This document shows, in pieces, positions 9,651 to 20,300 of a DNA stretch of 64,000 bases. The notes under the pieces were generated by a model that saw nothing but the letters and a program-made list of their open reading frames with translations, made no database searches and was not told the DNA's origin. The stretch's first letter is position 1. Each line of letters begins with the position of its first letter. The stretch is taken from assembly GCA_019912665.1 (NCBI GenBank), contig JAIOIE010000018.1, forward strand, positions 751,433 through 815,432. Reading direction: 5' to 3'. Source of the DNA: Deltaproteobacteria bacterium (GTDB taxonomy: Bacteria; Desulfobacterota; GWC2-55-46). A program made the position numbers and the translations under genes.

Positions 9651-10752
9651 AAGAAAAACAAAAAAATCCAAATCTGAAATTGTGCAACAGGCTGCTGCAC
9701 AATTGCTATCAACGAGCTACGCTGAATTGCTCGAAGACCTCAAAGCGCGGATTCGCGCCGCGCAGATCCGCGCAGGTCTTGCAGCCAATAGTGAATTGAT
9801 CCAGCTCTACTGGAATGTTGGACAGCAAATATTGCTCCGACAACAAAAAGAGGGATGGGGTGCGAAAGTCATTGACCGCCTTGCCCGTGATTTACGCCGT
9901 GCATTTCCTGATATGAAGGGATTTTCTCCACGCAATCTCAAATACATGCGGGCGTTTGCCGAAACATATCAGGACAAACAATTTGTGCAACAGGTTGTTG
10001 CACAAATCCCCTGGGGGCATAATGTCCGTATTCTTGACCATGTAAAAGAATCGACTCAGCGCGAATGGTATATCCGACAGACCATCCAGCACGGCTGGTC
10101 ACGAGATATCCTTATCCACCAGATAGAAAGCGGTCTCTACAGGCGGCAGGGAAAAGCCATTACCAATTTCGACCGCACCCTACCCACGCCTCAATCCGAG
10201 CTTGCCCGGCAGGTCTTGAAAGATCCGTATGTCTTCGACTTCCTGAGTATCGGTGAGGAGGCAAAGGAACGGGATCTGGAAAAGGCCCTCTTGGAGCAGA
10301 TAAGGGCTTTCCTGCTTGAGTTGGGCGTCGGGTTTGCCTTTGTCGGTAGTCAGTACCATCTGGAGGTCGGCGGTGAGGATTTCTATATAGACCTTCTATT
10401 TTATCATCTCCACCTGCGCTGTTTCGTAGTCATCGAGCTTAAGATTGGGGAATTTCAGCCAGAATACGCTGGCAAGATGAACTTTTATCTTTCGGCGGTG
10501 GATGACCTCCTGCGCCATAAAGACGATCATCCGAGCATCGGCATAATCCTGTGCAAGGCCAAAAATAAGGTGATTGCGGAATATGCGCTCCGCGATACCA
10601 GAAAGCCGATCGGCGTTTCCGGATACAAACTTACGGAAACCTTGCCGAAGAACCTTAAAGGTGAACTGCCGAGCATTAAGGAACTGGAGGGGTCAATTTC
10701 GGCGTCTACTTCTGTATCAGGCTCGCTTACAATAACCAAAGGTGATTCCTGA
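9640..10752 (+). CDS. DUF1016 / YhcG-like PDDEXK nuclease family protein
   Basis: Carries the PDDEXK core [11 protein letters not shown]...ILC and N-terminal YhcG-like residues. It sits in the usual position between hsdM and hsdS. Confidence 0.75.
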   Translation: MADKRKTKKSKSEIVQQAAAQLLSTSYAELLEDLKARIRAAQIRAGLAANSELIQLYWNVGQQILLRQQKEGWGAKVIDRLARDLRRAFPDMKGFSPRNLKYMRAFAETYQDKQFVQQVVAQIPWGHNVRILDHVKESTQREWYIRQTIQHGWSRDILIHQIESGLYRRQGKAITNFDRTLPTPQSELARQVLKDPYVFDFLSIGEEAKERDLEKALLEQIRAFLLELGVGFAFVGSQYHLEVGGEDFYIDLLFYHLHLRCFVVIELKIGEFQPEYAGKMNFYLSAVDDLLRHKDDHPSIGIILCKAKNKVIAEYALRDTRKPIGVSGYKLTETLPKNLKGELPSIKELEGSISASTSVSGSLTITKGDS

Positions 10753-10858
10753 GGTGATTGACATAATGGATTTGTCACATAAGAAACGGATTTGCGTATC
10801 GTAAATTGCAATTTGCCATACACAAGCTTGTTTGTTGTTATCTGACGATACACAATGA

Positions 10859-11170
10859 TTGACCTATAAGGTCACGAATTGTGACCATATAGAAAGGCCG
10901 CGGGACGCATCGCAAATACCTGCCTTATGTGTTTTTCCAGAGCAGAGAGTCGCCATGCTTTCCAGCGTACTGAACAGCAAAAGAGCGGTAAAGATAAACA
11001 TTGAGATTATGCGAGCGTTCGTAGGCTTCGCCAGATGTTCGCTTCTAACGCCGAGTTGATGCGAAAGATGACCGAACTTGAAAAGAAGTATGACGAGCAG
11101 TTCAAGGTTGTTTTTTAGGCCATTTATGAATTGATGCAGCCGCCGGGGCCAAAGAAAAGGCAGATCGGGT
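10859..11170 (+). pseudogene. ORF6N-domain gene remnant, truncated and frameshifted
   Basis: [27 protein letters not shown] is in one frame. [29 protein letters not shown], then after an in-frame stop, AIYELMQPPGPKKRQIGF are in another. No intact N-terminus is present. Confidence 0.5.
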
Positions 11171-11292
11171 TCAAGGCCGGGAGTAAAGAGTAGTCTTGAA
11201 GTGCCGATTTGGCATTTTAAAACGGCAATGCCTGGTTCGCTATTTATAAGGGATGCCGCAAACGAACAATTCCTATTTGGAAGATTTGAAAG

Positions 11293-12519
11293 ATGCAAGA
11301 TAAAAGCCCGATGACCCATTTAGAAAATATCTGTGAGATTATCATGGGGCAATCTCCAAAGGGAGAAACATATAATACTATAGGCAACGGGACACCTCTT
11401 TTGAATGGTCCAACAGAGTTCGGAGAACATCATCCCAAGCCTGTTTTATATACTACCTCACCTACCAGGCTATGTAAAAAAGGTGACCTGCTTTTCTGCG
11501 TTCGCGGTTCGACGACAGGTCGTATGAATTGGGCGGATGCTGAATATTGTATAGGGCGCGGTGTAGGGGCTTTCCGAGCCAAGAGCGATGAAATCGATAC
11601 TCGATTTATTTATTATACTTTGGTATGTGAATTGCCAAGGCTCCTGTCTCGATGCGCTGGCTCAGTTTTTCCTAATTTATCCCGCTCTGATTTCGAGACT
11701 TTTGATGTCGTGTGGCCTGATAGGAACATACGATCAGCCATCGCCCATATCCTCGGTGCGCTGGATGACAAGATAGAGCTTAACAGGCGAATGAACGAGA
11801 TGCTGGAGGCAATGGCTCGGGCAATCTTCAAGTCCTGGTTCGTGGACTTCGAGCCAATCCCCGGCTTCGGCCCTCACAAAGAATGGCAGGACTCCCCAAT
11901 CGGCAGGATTCCAAAAGGGTGGGATATTGCCACGCTCGGCGACTTCTCCTCATTGAATCCTGAGGTGTGGTCGAAGGAGACGCGCCCGGATGTAATCAAT
12001 TATGTCGATCTCTCGAATACGAAATGGGGCCGAATTGAAACAGTCACAATATATGCGAAAGGAGAAGCACCGAGCCGAGCCCAACGTGTATTGCGAGCAC
12101 AAGACACCATCGTCGGTACCGTGCGCCCCGGTAACGGCTCGTATGCTTTCATTTTAGAAGAAGGATTGACCGGAAGCACCGGGTTCGCAGTACTGAGACC
12201 CCTAAAAGCCGAGTATGCTGAGATTGTATATCTCACCGCCACAGCTGCCGACAATATCGAAAGGCTTGCGCACTTGGCGGACGGTGCAGCCTATCCGGCG
12301 GTGCGGCCTGATGTCGTTGTTGCAACGCAAATAGTTAAGCCAGTCGATAAAGTACTGAGGGCATTCTCTCACATTGTAGCACCATTGCTTGCCAAGATGT
12401 TTGTCAATGAACGAGAATCCCGTACCCTCGGCGCTATCCGCGACGCACTGTTGCCCAAACTCCTATTGGGCGAGATAAGAGTTAAGAATGGGGAGAAGTT
12501 TATAGTGGAGCGGACGTGA
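11293..12519 (+). CDS. hsdS: Type I R-M specificity subunit HsdS (two target-recognition domains)
   Basis: Residues LPKGWDIATLGDF are present. The conserved C-terminal coiled-coil tail is AIRDALLPKLLLGEIRV. Confidence 0.85.
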   Translation: MQDKSPMTHLENICEIIMGQSPKGETYNTIGNGTPLLNGPTEFGEHHPKPVLYTTSPTRLCKKGDLLFCVRGSTTGRMNWADAEYCIGRGVGAFRAKSDEIDTRFIYYTLVCELPRLLSRCAGSVFPNLSRSDFETFDVVWPDRNIRSAIAHILGALDDKIELNRRMNEMLEAMARAIFKSWFVDFEPIPGFGPHKEWQDSPIGRIPKGWDIATLGDFSSLNPEVWSKETRPDVINYVDLSNTKWGRIETVTIYAKGEAPSRAQRVLRAQDTIVGTVRPGNGSYAFILEEGLTGSTGFAVLRPLKAEYAEIVYLTATAADNIERLAHLADGAAYPAVRPDVVVATQIVKPVDKVLRAFSHIVAPLLAKMFVNERESRTLGAIRDALLPKLLLGEIRVKNGEKFIVERT

Positions 12520-13064
12520 TATTAGAATCTGCACCTTGGAAAGATGAGTTGCTTAAAATCGCTTTTCGTTTAGAAAAACGAAAACAGCAGAGAAGGTGGC
12601 TTGAAACTTCATTTGCAAAGCTGGAAATGGAAGTCTTTATTGCAGCTTACTGTATAAGGAAGCTTTTTGAGGCTGCAAAGACTTCCAGTAGTACCACTGC
12701 ATACCAGTTCAATGTGAAGGCATATCGTTTTATCGGTACGAATATAACAAAAATCAACTGGCATGAATTTGACGAGCATTATGACCTTAGAAAGCCAAAG
12801 ATCTTCAGGAAAGACGCCTTGTTTATCTGTAACCAGCTTGTCCACAGTTATGTATTTGCACCGGACCTTAAACGAACTGGAGGATTAAGGGGGATTTTCT
12901 TCTGCTCTGATCGGGAGCGGCACAGTTGGCTATACCTGCTTGCTATTGACGAATTGATACGATATCTGAAGAAAGTAGGCCGAGATTATCCTAACTACAG
13001 TTCATCATGCTTCGACCCAAAAAGGCGTGATTATGTCATCACCCATCAAGAGATGCTTAAATGA
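12516..13064 (+). CDS. Hypothetical protein (182 aa); its GTG start overlaps the hsdS stop (GTGA)
   Basis: Long ORF coupled to hsdS. No recognisable motif. Confidence 0.45.
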   Translation: MILESAPWKDELLKIAFRLEKRKQQRRWLETSFAKLEMEVFIAAYCIRKLFEAAKTSSSTTAYQFNVKAYRFIGTNITKINWHEFDEHYDLRKPKIFRKDALFICNQLVHSYVFAPDLKRTGGLRGIFFCSDRERHSWLYLLAIDELIRYLKKVGRDYPNYSSSCFDPKRRDYVITHQEMLK

Positions 13065-13065
13065 A

Positions 13066-13197
13066 ATGAAAGATAAACTCACAGAATCCATCATCGAAGT
13101 CGCCCTCGCCGCCATCAGCGATGCCCTGTTGCCAAAGCTCCTGTCGGGTGAGATAAGAGTTAAGTATGCAGAGAAGTTTGTGGAGGCTGTATCATGA
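13066..13197 (+). other. Duplicated hsdS 3' tail fragment (43-codon mini-ORF MKDKLTESIIEVALAAISDALLPKLLSGEIRVKYAEKFVEAVS)
   Basis: Near-identical at protein level to the real HsdS C-terminus. Its stop overlaps the next gene's ATG (ATGA). Confidence 0.8.
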
Positions 13198-14384
13198 TTC
13201 CCAAAACTTTTGATGCCATCTCAAAGTCTGACATAGAGGCACTTGTCGAAAATCAGGTGAGAGAAGGACGTACTATCGAGTACAAACAGGTTCTTCTTGG
13301 TAATTCAGACGAGGAGAAACGGGAGTTTCTATCCGATATCTCATCTTTCGCAAACGCGGGCGGAGGTGATTTGTTATATGGCATTTCGGCAACGGATGGC
13401 ATCCCACAGGATGCTTTAGGCCTGGAAAGCAATCTCGATGCTGAATTGCTTCGTTTGGAGAACCTAATCCGAGACAGTCTTGACCCTCGTGTGCATGGAT
13501 TGCGAATGAGAGCGATTGATGGATTCGCAAAAGGTCCTGTCCTGCTCATCCGCATTCCAAGGAGCTGGGCAGGCCCACACATGGTCACATTTAAGAACCT
13601 GTCGCGCTTCTTTACACGAAATAGTGCAGGGAAGCATCAAATGGATGTATTGGAGATAAGATCCGCCTGTTTGCTTGCAGATGCCTTGCCTGAAAAGATG
13701 AGACGCTTTCGTGACGAACGGCTGGGGAGGATAATCGCAAGCGCGACGCCCGTTCGCATGTTTGAGGGTGCAAAACTTGTGCTCCACATTTTGCCAGTTG
13801 CTGCTTTTACGTCGGACGCGAGCATTGAAGTGGCTGTCTTAAAGGCACGCTCTATGAGCAGTCTACGACCTATTGGAGCTTCAGGGTGGAATGACGGGTA
13901 CAATCTGGACGGCTTTCTTACCTATAGCGGCCCGTATGATAGCGCTGGATCAAGGGCATATTCGTTACTATTCCGAAAAGGGCAAATTGAGGCTGTTTTT
14001 GCGGATTTAGTAAGAGAGCGCGATGATCGGAGGTTTATTCCGAGCGTAGCCTATGAAGAATATATTATTCAAGGGGTCTTAGGTTATTTAGGCGTTTTGA
14101 AATCGTTAGAGATTCCGAGCCCGCTGGTGCTCTTTGTCTGCATGACAGGGGTGGCAAATGTGCATATGGGTGTTGACACCTTTTATTTTTCACATGGCGG
14201 CAGCCCCATAGACCGCGACACGCTGGTTCTGCCTGACATCCTTGTTGATGATTACGAATCCATAAATGATAAAAATGCGGTAGCCGGCGTTCTTCGACCG
14301 ATTTTTGACGCCGTTTGGAATGCATGCGGTTTTGAGCGCTCTTTCAATTTTGACGATAAAGGAAATTGGAAACCACGTAGATAA
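13194..14384 (+). CDS. AlbA_2 / Schlafen-like putative DNA-binding (divergent AAA) domain protein
   Basis: N-terminal EYKQVLL...ISSFANAGGGDLLYGI signature. This family is commonly embedded in R-M loci. Confidence 0.6.
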   Translation: MIPKTFDAISKSDIEALVENQVREGRTIEYKQVLLGNSDEEKREFLSDISSFANAGGGDLLYGISATDGIPQDALGLESNLDAELLRLENLIRDSLDPRVHGLRMRAIDGFAKGPVLLIRIPRSWAGPHMVTFKNLSRFFTRNSAGKHQMDVLEIRSACLLADALPEKMRRFRDERLGRIIASATPVRMFEGAKLVLHILPVAAFTSDASIEVAVLKARSMSSLRPIGASGWNDGYNLDGFLTYSGPYDSAGSRAYSLLFRKGQIEAVFADLVRERDDRRFIPSVAYEEYIIQGVLGYLGVLKSLEIPSPLVLFVCMTGVANVHMGVDTFYFSHGGSPIDRDTLVLPDILVDDYESINDKNAVAGVLRPIFDAVWNACGFERSFNFDDKGNWKPRR

Positions 14385-14492
14385 AAAGAGCTGGAAAAAA
14401 CTCTCGCCGCCATTCGCGATGCGCTTTTGCCAAAGTTGCTGTCGGGCGAGATAAAGGTAAAGGATGCGGAGAAGCTTGGGGAGGTAGTTTGA
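14385..14492 (+). other. Second duplicated hsdS 3' tail fragment (KELEKTLAAIRDALLPKLLSGEIKVKDAEKLGEVV), in frame directly after the AlbA_2 stop
   Basis: 36 codons with no start codon. It ends 1 nt before the next ATG. Confidence 0.8.
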
Positions 14493-14493
14493 C

Positions 14494-16413
14494 ATGGCAT
14501 TCACGGAGACACTGACAAGCTTAGCAATGCTAAAGGTCAACATTGATCAGGGTAAGGACTACCTCGAATATCTGCGACCTTTTATTCTGCAGATACTTAT
14601 TGACCAGAAGCCCGACCCCGTGACTGATGTGGTTGTCCGTGATCATCTTCGCACACAATTTGGCCTTGAGATTCCGGAGCGTGTTGCTCAGATTCTATTG
14701 AAGCGCATCTCTCGGTCGTATCTACTAAAGCGTGAAACTGGGGTATATCGAATCACGGGTACTTTACCAAACCCTGGGATTACTGCAAAGAAAACTGAAG
14801 CAGATCGACACATCAAGGCAGTGGTCTCAAGTCTGATAGAGTTCTCAAAGAACACCGCTAAGCCGATTACAACCGAAGATGAGGCGGTTACAGCCATTTG
14901 CGCATTCCTGGCAGAGTTCAATATCCCTTGTCTTCGTGCATACTTGAGAGGTACGGCCATTCCAACTGTCGAGGGCAAACACCATAGCCACATTGTGCTG
15001 GTCAGTGAGTATGTCGTACATCTGCAACGCACCAACCCTGAACGTTTTGAAAGCTTCCTCGTGGTGGTTCAAGGGCACATGCTGGCAAACGCCTTGCTTT
15101 GCCCAGACCTCCAAAACGCCCCAAAGTCATACAAGGGCGTCACTTTTTATTTAGATACCCCATTGTTGATACGACGGCTTGGGCTTGAGGGTAATCCAAA
15201 GCAGGCGGCGGCAGTAGAGCTAATCCGACTGCTGAAGAATCTTGATGCGGCCGTTGCTACGTTCGCACATTCGCGTGATGAACTGGATCGTGTGATCAGG
15301 GGCGCAGCCGATCATATAGAAGCACCGAGCGGCCGCGGGGCCATTGTTATGGAAGCAAGACGCAAAGGCACGACCAAATCTGACCTACTGCTCTTGGCAG
15401 GACAAATCGATGAGAAGCTCGCCGACTCTGGAATTGAGGTGAAGTGCACACCGAAATATATTGCAAACTTTCAGATCGATGAAACAGCTTTCGCTAAGGT
15501 ACTTGAGGATGAGGTGTCATACTTTAACTCGCGTGCCATGGATTATGATATCAACTCTGTGCGAAGTATCTATGCACTTAGGGTAAATTCGTCCCCCACG
15601 ATTGTGGAAAAGTGCGGAGCAGTTCTCGTCAGCAGTAATGAAGGTTTTGCACGGGCAGCATATGAGTACGGACAGCGGCATGAAGAGTCGCGCGAGGTGT
15701 CAAGCGTGATCACCGACTTCAGCCTGGCAAACATGGCTTGGTTGAAAGCTCCGATGGGTGCGCCGTCTCTACCGACCGCTGAGATACTCGCATTCTCTTA
15801 TGCAGCACTTCAGCCCTCAAAGGAGTTGCTTGACAAGTTTTTGGATGAGATGAATAAGTTGGAGAAACAAGGCAAGATTACTGCACGCGATCATCAGCTC
15901 CTCAGGAGTAGCACACTTGCACAAGAGGAGATGATGAGCCTGACGCTGGGAGAAGAGACAGCGCTTACCGAGAAGACGGTCACCGAGACACTGCGGCGCG
16001 TTTCAGAAGAAATCAAGAAGGAGGAAAGCGAGAAGCTTACAGCCGAGCAAATTGCTCATCGCAAAACTCAAGTTGAGCTTGATGCCGAACGTGTGACGAA
16101 AAAGCAAATTCAGGAACGGTTTTTCTGGCGATGTCTGAAGAATGCACAATACTGCGCGTGGGGGATTTCAGGGTTTATCTCTATTCTCATAATTGGTGGC
16201 ATCATTGCCGGATTCGGGCTCAAAGCGGCAAATCCTGCTCTTGGCTGGGTGCTTCTCGTAGGTTTGTCTGCACTGGCAATTGCGACAATAGCGAATCTTA
16301 TTTTCGGTGCTACTGTCCAGCAATTGCACAACTACATCGAAGAACGATGTCTTAAATTCTTTTTAAAACGCGTGTTTAAATCAAGCGGGATTGACATCGA
16401 GAATAGACTATGA
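14494..16413 (+). CDS. Hypothetical 639-aa protein with a C-terminal coiled coil and two predicted transmembrane helices
   Basis: Long ORF. The C-terminus GISGFISILIIGGIIAGFGL...WVLLVGLSALAIATIANLIFG is hydrophobic. No recognisable catalytic motif. Confidence 0.55.
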   Translation: MAFTETLTSLAMLKVNIDQGKDYLEYLRPFILQILIDQKPDPVTDVVVRDHLRTQFGLEIPERVAQILLKRISRSYLLKRETGVYRITGTLPNPGITAKKTEADRHIKAVVSSLIEFSKNTAKPITTEDEAVTAICAFLAEFNIPCLRAYLRGTAIPTVEGKHHSHIVLVSEYVVHLQRTNPERFESFLVVVQGHMLANALLCPDLQNAPKSYKGVTFYLDTPLLIRRLGLEGNPKQAAAVELIRLLKNLDAAVATFAHSRDELDRVIRGAADHIEAPSGRGAIVMEARRKGTTKSDLLLLAGQIDEKLADSGIEVKCTPKYIANFQIDETAFAKVLEDEVSYFNSRAMDYDINSVRSIYALRVNSSPTIVEKCGAVLVSSNEGFARAAYEYGQRHEESREVSSVITDFSLANMAWLKAPMGAPSLPTAEILAFSYAALQPSKELLDKFLDEMNKLEKQGKITARDHQLLRSSTLAQEEMMSLTLGEETALTEKTVTETLRRVSEEIKKEESEKLTAEQIAHRKTQVELDAERVTKKQIQERFFWRCLKNAQYCAWGISGFISILIIGGIIAGFGLKAANPALGWVLLVGLSALAIATIANLIFGATVQQLHNYIEERCLKFFLKRVFKSSGIDIENRL

Positions 16414-16472
16414 CCCCTTCAAGAATCACTGAATCTACCGCTGAAGAGGCTCTTTACGGTTGGCGAGATTGA
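16410..16472 (+). other. Duplicated hsdR 5' head fragment (MTPSRITESTAEEALYGWRD*), overlapping the orf639 stop (ATGA)
   Basis: Matches the real HsdR N-terminus [19 protein letters not shown] at 17334. Confidence 0.75.
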
Positions 16473-17125
16473 TTATAAAAAAATCTAATCGCTATGACAC
16501 CTCTGGCTTAACAGAGGCACAGTTTGAGCCTGGTTCGGGTCGGCGTGTGCTCAAGAATTTGCTCGGAATTAAGAGCAAGCGGGAGATGGACCGCATCGAA
16601 GCACTTGTTCAGCTTCCTGTTCTGGAGGAACTATCCAGCATCTATGATAAAGACCATAGGTTCACCGCCGCTGATATATGCAGGATTCACGAGATCTGGC
16701 TTGGGAGAATATATGAGTGGGCTGGACAATACAGGAGAGTAAATGTCAGCAAGGGAGACTTCCCTTTCGCAGCCGCCGGACATATACCAAGTTTAATGTC
16801 AGAGTTTGAAAAGAAGCTTCTTAAGAAATACACTCCTTGTCTTTACTCAGCACATAAAGACATAGTCAAGGCAATTGCTGTTGTCCATACAGAACTGGTT
16901 TTGATTCACCCCTTTCGCGAAGGGAACGGCAGGGTTGCCCGTATACTAAGTGCCCTGATGGCGTTACAGGCAGGATTGCCGTCACTGGATTTTACTGGAA
17001 TTAAGGGGAAGAGAAGACAAGAATACTTTGCGGCGGTAAGGGCTGGTATGGATAATAATTATGAGCCTATGGAAAAGATTTTTAACGCCGTGATTTCCCG
17101 GACACTACGGATTCAGAAAGGATAG
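16460..17125 (+). CDS. Fic/Doc family protein; start codon uncertain (TTG at 16460 or a downstream ATG)
   Basis: Fic motif HPFREGNGRVAR is present. Confidence 0.8.
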   Translation: MARLIIKKSNRYDTSGLTEAQFEPGSGRRVLKNLLGIKSKREMDRIEALVQLPVLEELSSIYDKDHRFTAADICRIHEIWLGRIYEWAGQYRRVNVSKGDFPFAAAGHIPSLMSEFEKKLLKKYTPCLYSAHKDIVKAIAVVHTELVLIHPFREGNGRVARILSALMALQAGLPSLDFTGIKGKRRQEYFAAVRAGMDNNYEPMEKIFNAVISRTLRIQKG

Positions 17126-17333
17126 CTATCTTGCCGGGCTCTTTAACAGCCTTGATTGCTTTGTCGACTGCCGCGTGGACACCTTCGATAGCGGTTGAAG
17201 AAGATACAGTAGTATAGAACATGGCTTTACGCTTCTCAGGGTCTTTCAGATAAGGATTCGTTTTTATTAAAGGTTTTTTTACCATATTTTAAGTATACAC
17301 TAAAAAACCATAGAAATCACCGGGATTTTTAAA

Positions 17334-20300
17334 ATGACCTTATCAAGAATCACCGAATCAACCACTGAAGAAGCTACCCTCGACTGGTTCAATGAACTGG
17401 GTTACTCTATCCTCAGCGGCCCTGATATTGCCCCTGGTGAACCGCTCGCCGAAAGGTCGGGTTATGGCGATGTCGTTTTAGAGGGCCGGCTCCGTTCTGC
17501 TTTATCCAGAATAAATGCCGCCATTCCTTCAGAAGCTATAGAAGATGCCATCCGTAAGCTCCTGCGAGCTGTCCATGAGTCCCCCCTTCTTTACATCAAT
17601 AATCACCGCTTCCATAAGGTCCTTACCGATGGGATCGATATTGAATACAAAAATTCTGAAGGACGGATTGTTGGGGACAAAGTCTGGCTCATTGATTTCA
17701 ATAATCCTGGTAACAACGACTGGCTGGCGGTCAATCAGTTTACGGTTGTCGAGGGACAAAGCAACAGACGCCCTGATGTAGTGGTTTTTATCAACGGGCT
17801 CCCTTTAGGGGTTATTGAGCTAAAAAACCCGGCAGACGAAAACGCCACGATAAAGAATGCTTTTAATCAGCTTCAGACTTATAAAAACGAAATCCCCTCC
17901 CTTTTTTCCTATAACGAAATTCTTATAGTCTCAGACGGTCTTGAGGCGAGGACTGGCACCCTAACTGCCGATTGGGAATGGTTCATGCCGTGGCGGACTA
18001 TTGAGGGTGAGGATTTGGCGCCCAAAGGGATGCCGGAGCTTGAGGTGTTAATCAAGGGGATATTCGACAAGTCGAGATTCCTGGATATCCTCAGATACTT
18101 TGTTGTTTTTGAGACGGACGGGGCGCTTGTCATAAAGAAGATGGCCGCCTACCATCAGTTCCATGCAGTAAACAGGGCTGTAGACTGCACATTGACTGCG
18201 GCTTCTCCGAGGGGAGACAGAAGGGTTGGAGTAGTCTGGCACACGCAGGGAAGCGGCAAAAGCCTGACCATGACCTTTTATGCTGGAAAGATTATTCAGC
18301 GCCATGAGATGGAAAACCCCACCCTTATTGTCCTTACTGACAGGAACGACCTTGACGACCAGCTGTTCGGCACTTTTTCAAGGTGTCTGAGCCTCTTGAG
18401 GCAGACCCCTGTCCAATCCCGGAGCAGAGAGCACCTTAAAGAACTTTTGAGTGTCGCTTCGGGCGGGGTTGTTTTTACCACTATACAGAAGTTTCTCCCC
18501 GAAAAGGGGCTGGATTACCTAAGACTTTCGGATAGAAGCAATATAATCGTCATCGCTGACGAGGCCCACAGGAGCCAATACGATTTCATAGATGGTTTTG
18601 CAAGGCACATGAGGGACGCCGTGCCCAAGGCGTCCTTTATCGGCTTTACCGGCACACCCATTGAAGCTGACGACAGAAACACGCCCGCCGTCTTCGGCAA
18701 CTATATAAGCATATATGACATCCAGCGGGCCGTTGAGGACGGAGCCACTGTGCGTATCTACTATGAGGCGCGCCTTGCGAAGCTTGAGCTGAAGGCAGAG
18801 GAGCTCCCCAGGATAGACCCTGAGTTTGAGGAAATAACGGAGGGCGAGGAAGAAGCGACTAAAGAGAAACTCAAGCGGAAATGGGCGCAGTTTGAGGCGA
18901 TGGTGGGGACTGAAAAGCGCATCGGTCTTGTGGCAGAGGATATTGTTGAGCACTTTGAAAGCAGACTTGAAGCCATGGACGGCAAGGGGATGGTAGTCTG
19001 CATGAGCCGCAGGATCTGCATTGACTTGTACAACGCTATTGTGAAACTGCGGCCAGAGTGGCACAGCGAGGACGACGACAGAGGGTTTTTGAAAATTGTA
19101 ATGACCGGGTCCGCAAGCGACCCTGCGGACTGGCAAAGCCATATCAGAAATAAGGCGCGCAGGGAATCCATGGCCAAGAACTTTAAAAAACCGGACAACC
19201 CCTTTAAGTTAGTTATAGTCCGGGACATGTGGCTTACCGGGTTTGACGCCCCCTGCCTCCATACAATGTACATAGATAAACCGATGCGCGGACATGGACT
19301 CATGCAAGCGATAGCCCGTGTGAACAGGGTATTTAAGGATAAGCCTGGCGGGCTTGCTGTGGATTATCTTGGCATAGCGGATGAACTCAAAAAGGCCCTT
19401 TCGAATTACACTGAAAAAGACCGCGATATTACCGGCATCCCGCAGGAAGAGGCTGTCGCTGTGATGCTGGAGAAATTTGAGATAGTCTCGGCGATATTGC
19501 ATGGTTTTGACTATTCAGGGTTTCTCAAAGGCGCTCCATCTGAGAAACTGACAACCGTAAAGGAAGCGCTGGAGCATATCCTTGCTCTCGAAGACGGAAA
19601 AAATAGGTTTATGCAGGCGGTTACGGAGCTTTCAAGGGCGTTTGCGCTTTCAGTGCCACATGAAAAAGCGATGGCTATTAGGAATGACGTCGGGTTTTTC
19701 CAAGCGTTAAGGGGAGCCTTTGCCAAGAATACCGTGACCGACGGCAAAAGCCCGGAGATGCTTGATTCGGCAATACGGCAGATCGTCTCAAAGGCTGTGG
19801 CATCCGGAGAGGTAATCGACATCTTCTCTTCAGCGGGCCTCAAGAGGCCGGACATCTCGATTCTGTCGGATGAGTTCCTGGAAGAGGTCCGCAATATGCC
19901 GCAGCGTAACCTCGCCTTAGAACTTTTAAAAAAGCTGTTGAACGATGAGATAAAGGCACGCTCCAAAAAGAACCTGGTGCAGGCAAGATCTTTTGCGGAA
20001 ATGCTTGAGGAAACCGTAAGGAGGTATCAGAACCGTGCCATCGAGGCCGCCCAGGTCATAACCGAGCTTATCGATCTTGCAAAAGACATGAGGGAAGCCC
20101 ACAAGCGGGGTGAGAAGCTTAATCTTACCGAAGAAGAGGCCGCCTTCTACGATGCACTTGAGACCAACGACAGCGCGGTCCATGTCCTCGGCGACGAAAA
20201 GCTGAAAATAATAGCCAGAGAGCTGGTCGAGACTGTAAAAAGAAATGCGACGATAGACTGGACGGTCAAGGAAAGCGTTAAGGCTAAGCTTAGGACTATG

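Noticed and set aside
17082-17285. 67-codon minus-strand ORF overlapping the 3' end of fic
   Set aside because: It is short, convergent and overlapping, and has no recognisable family. It could still be a small antitoxin-like gene, but support is insufficient.
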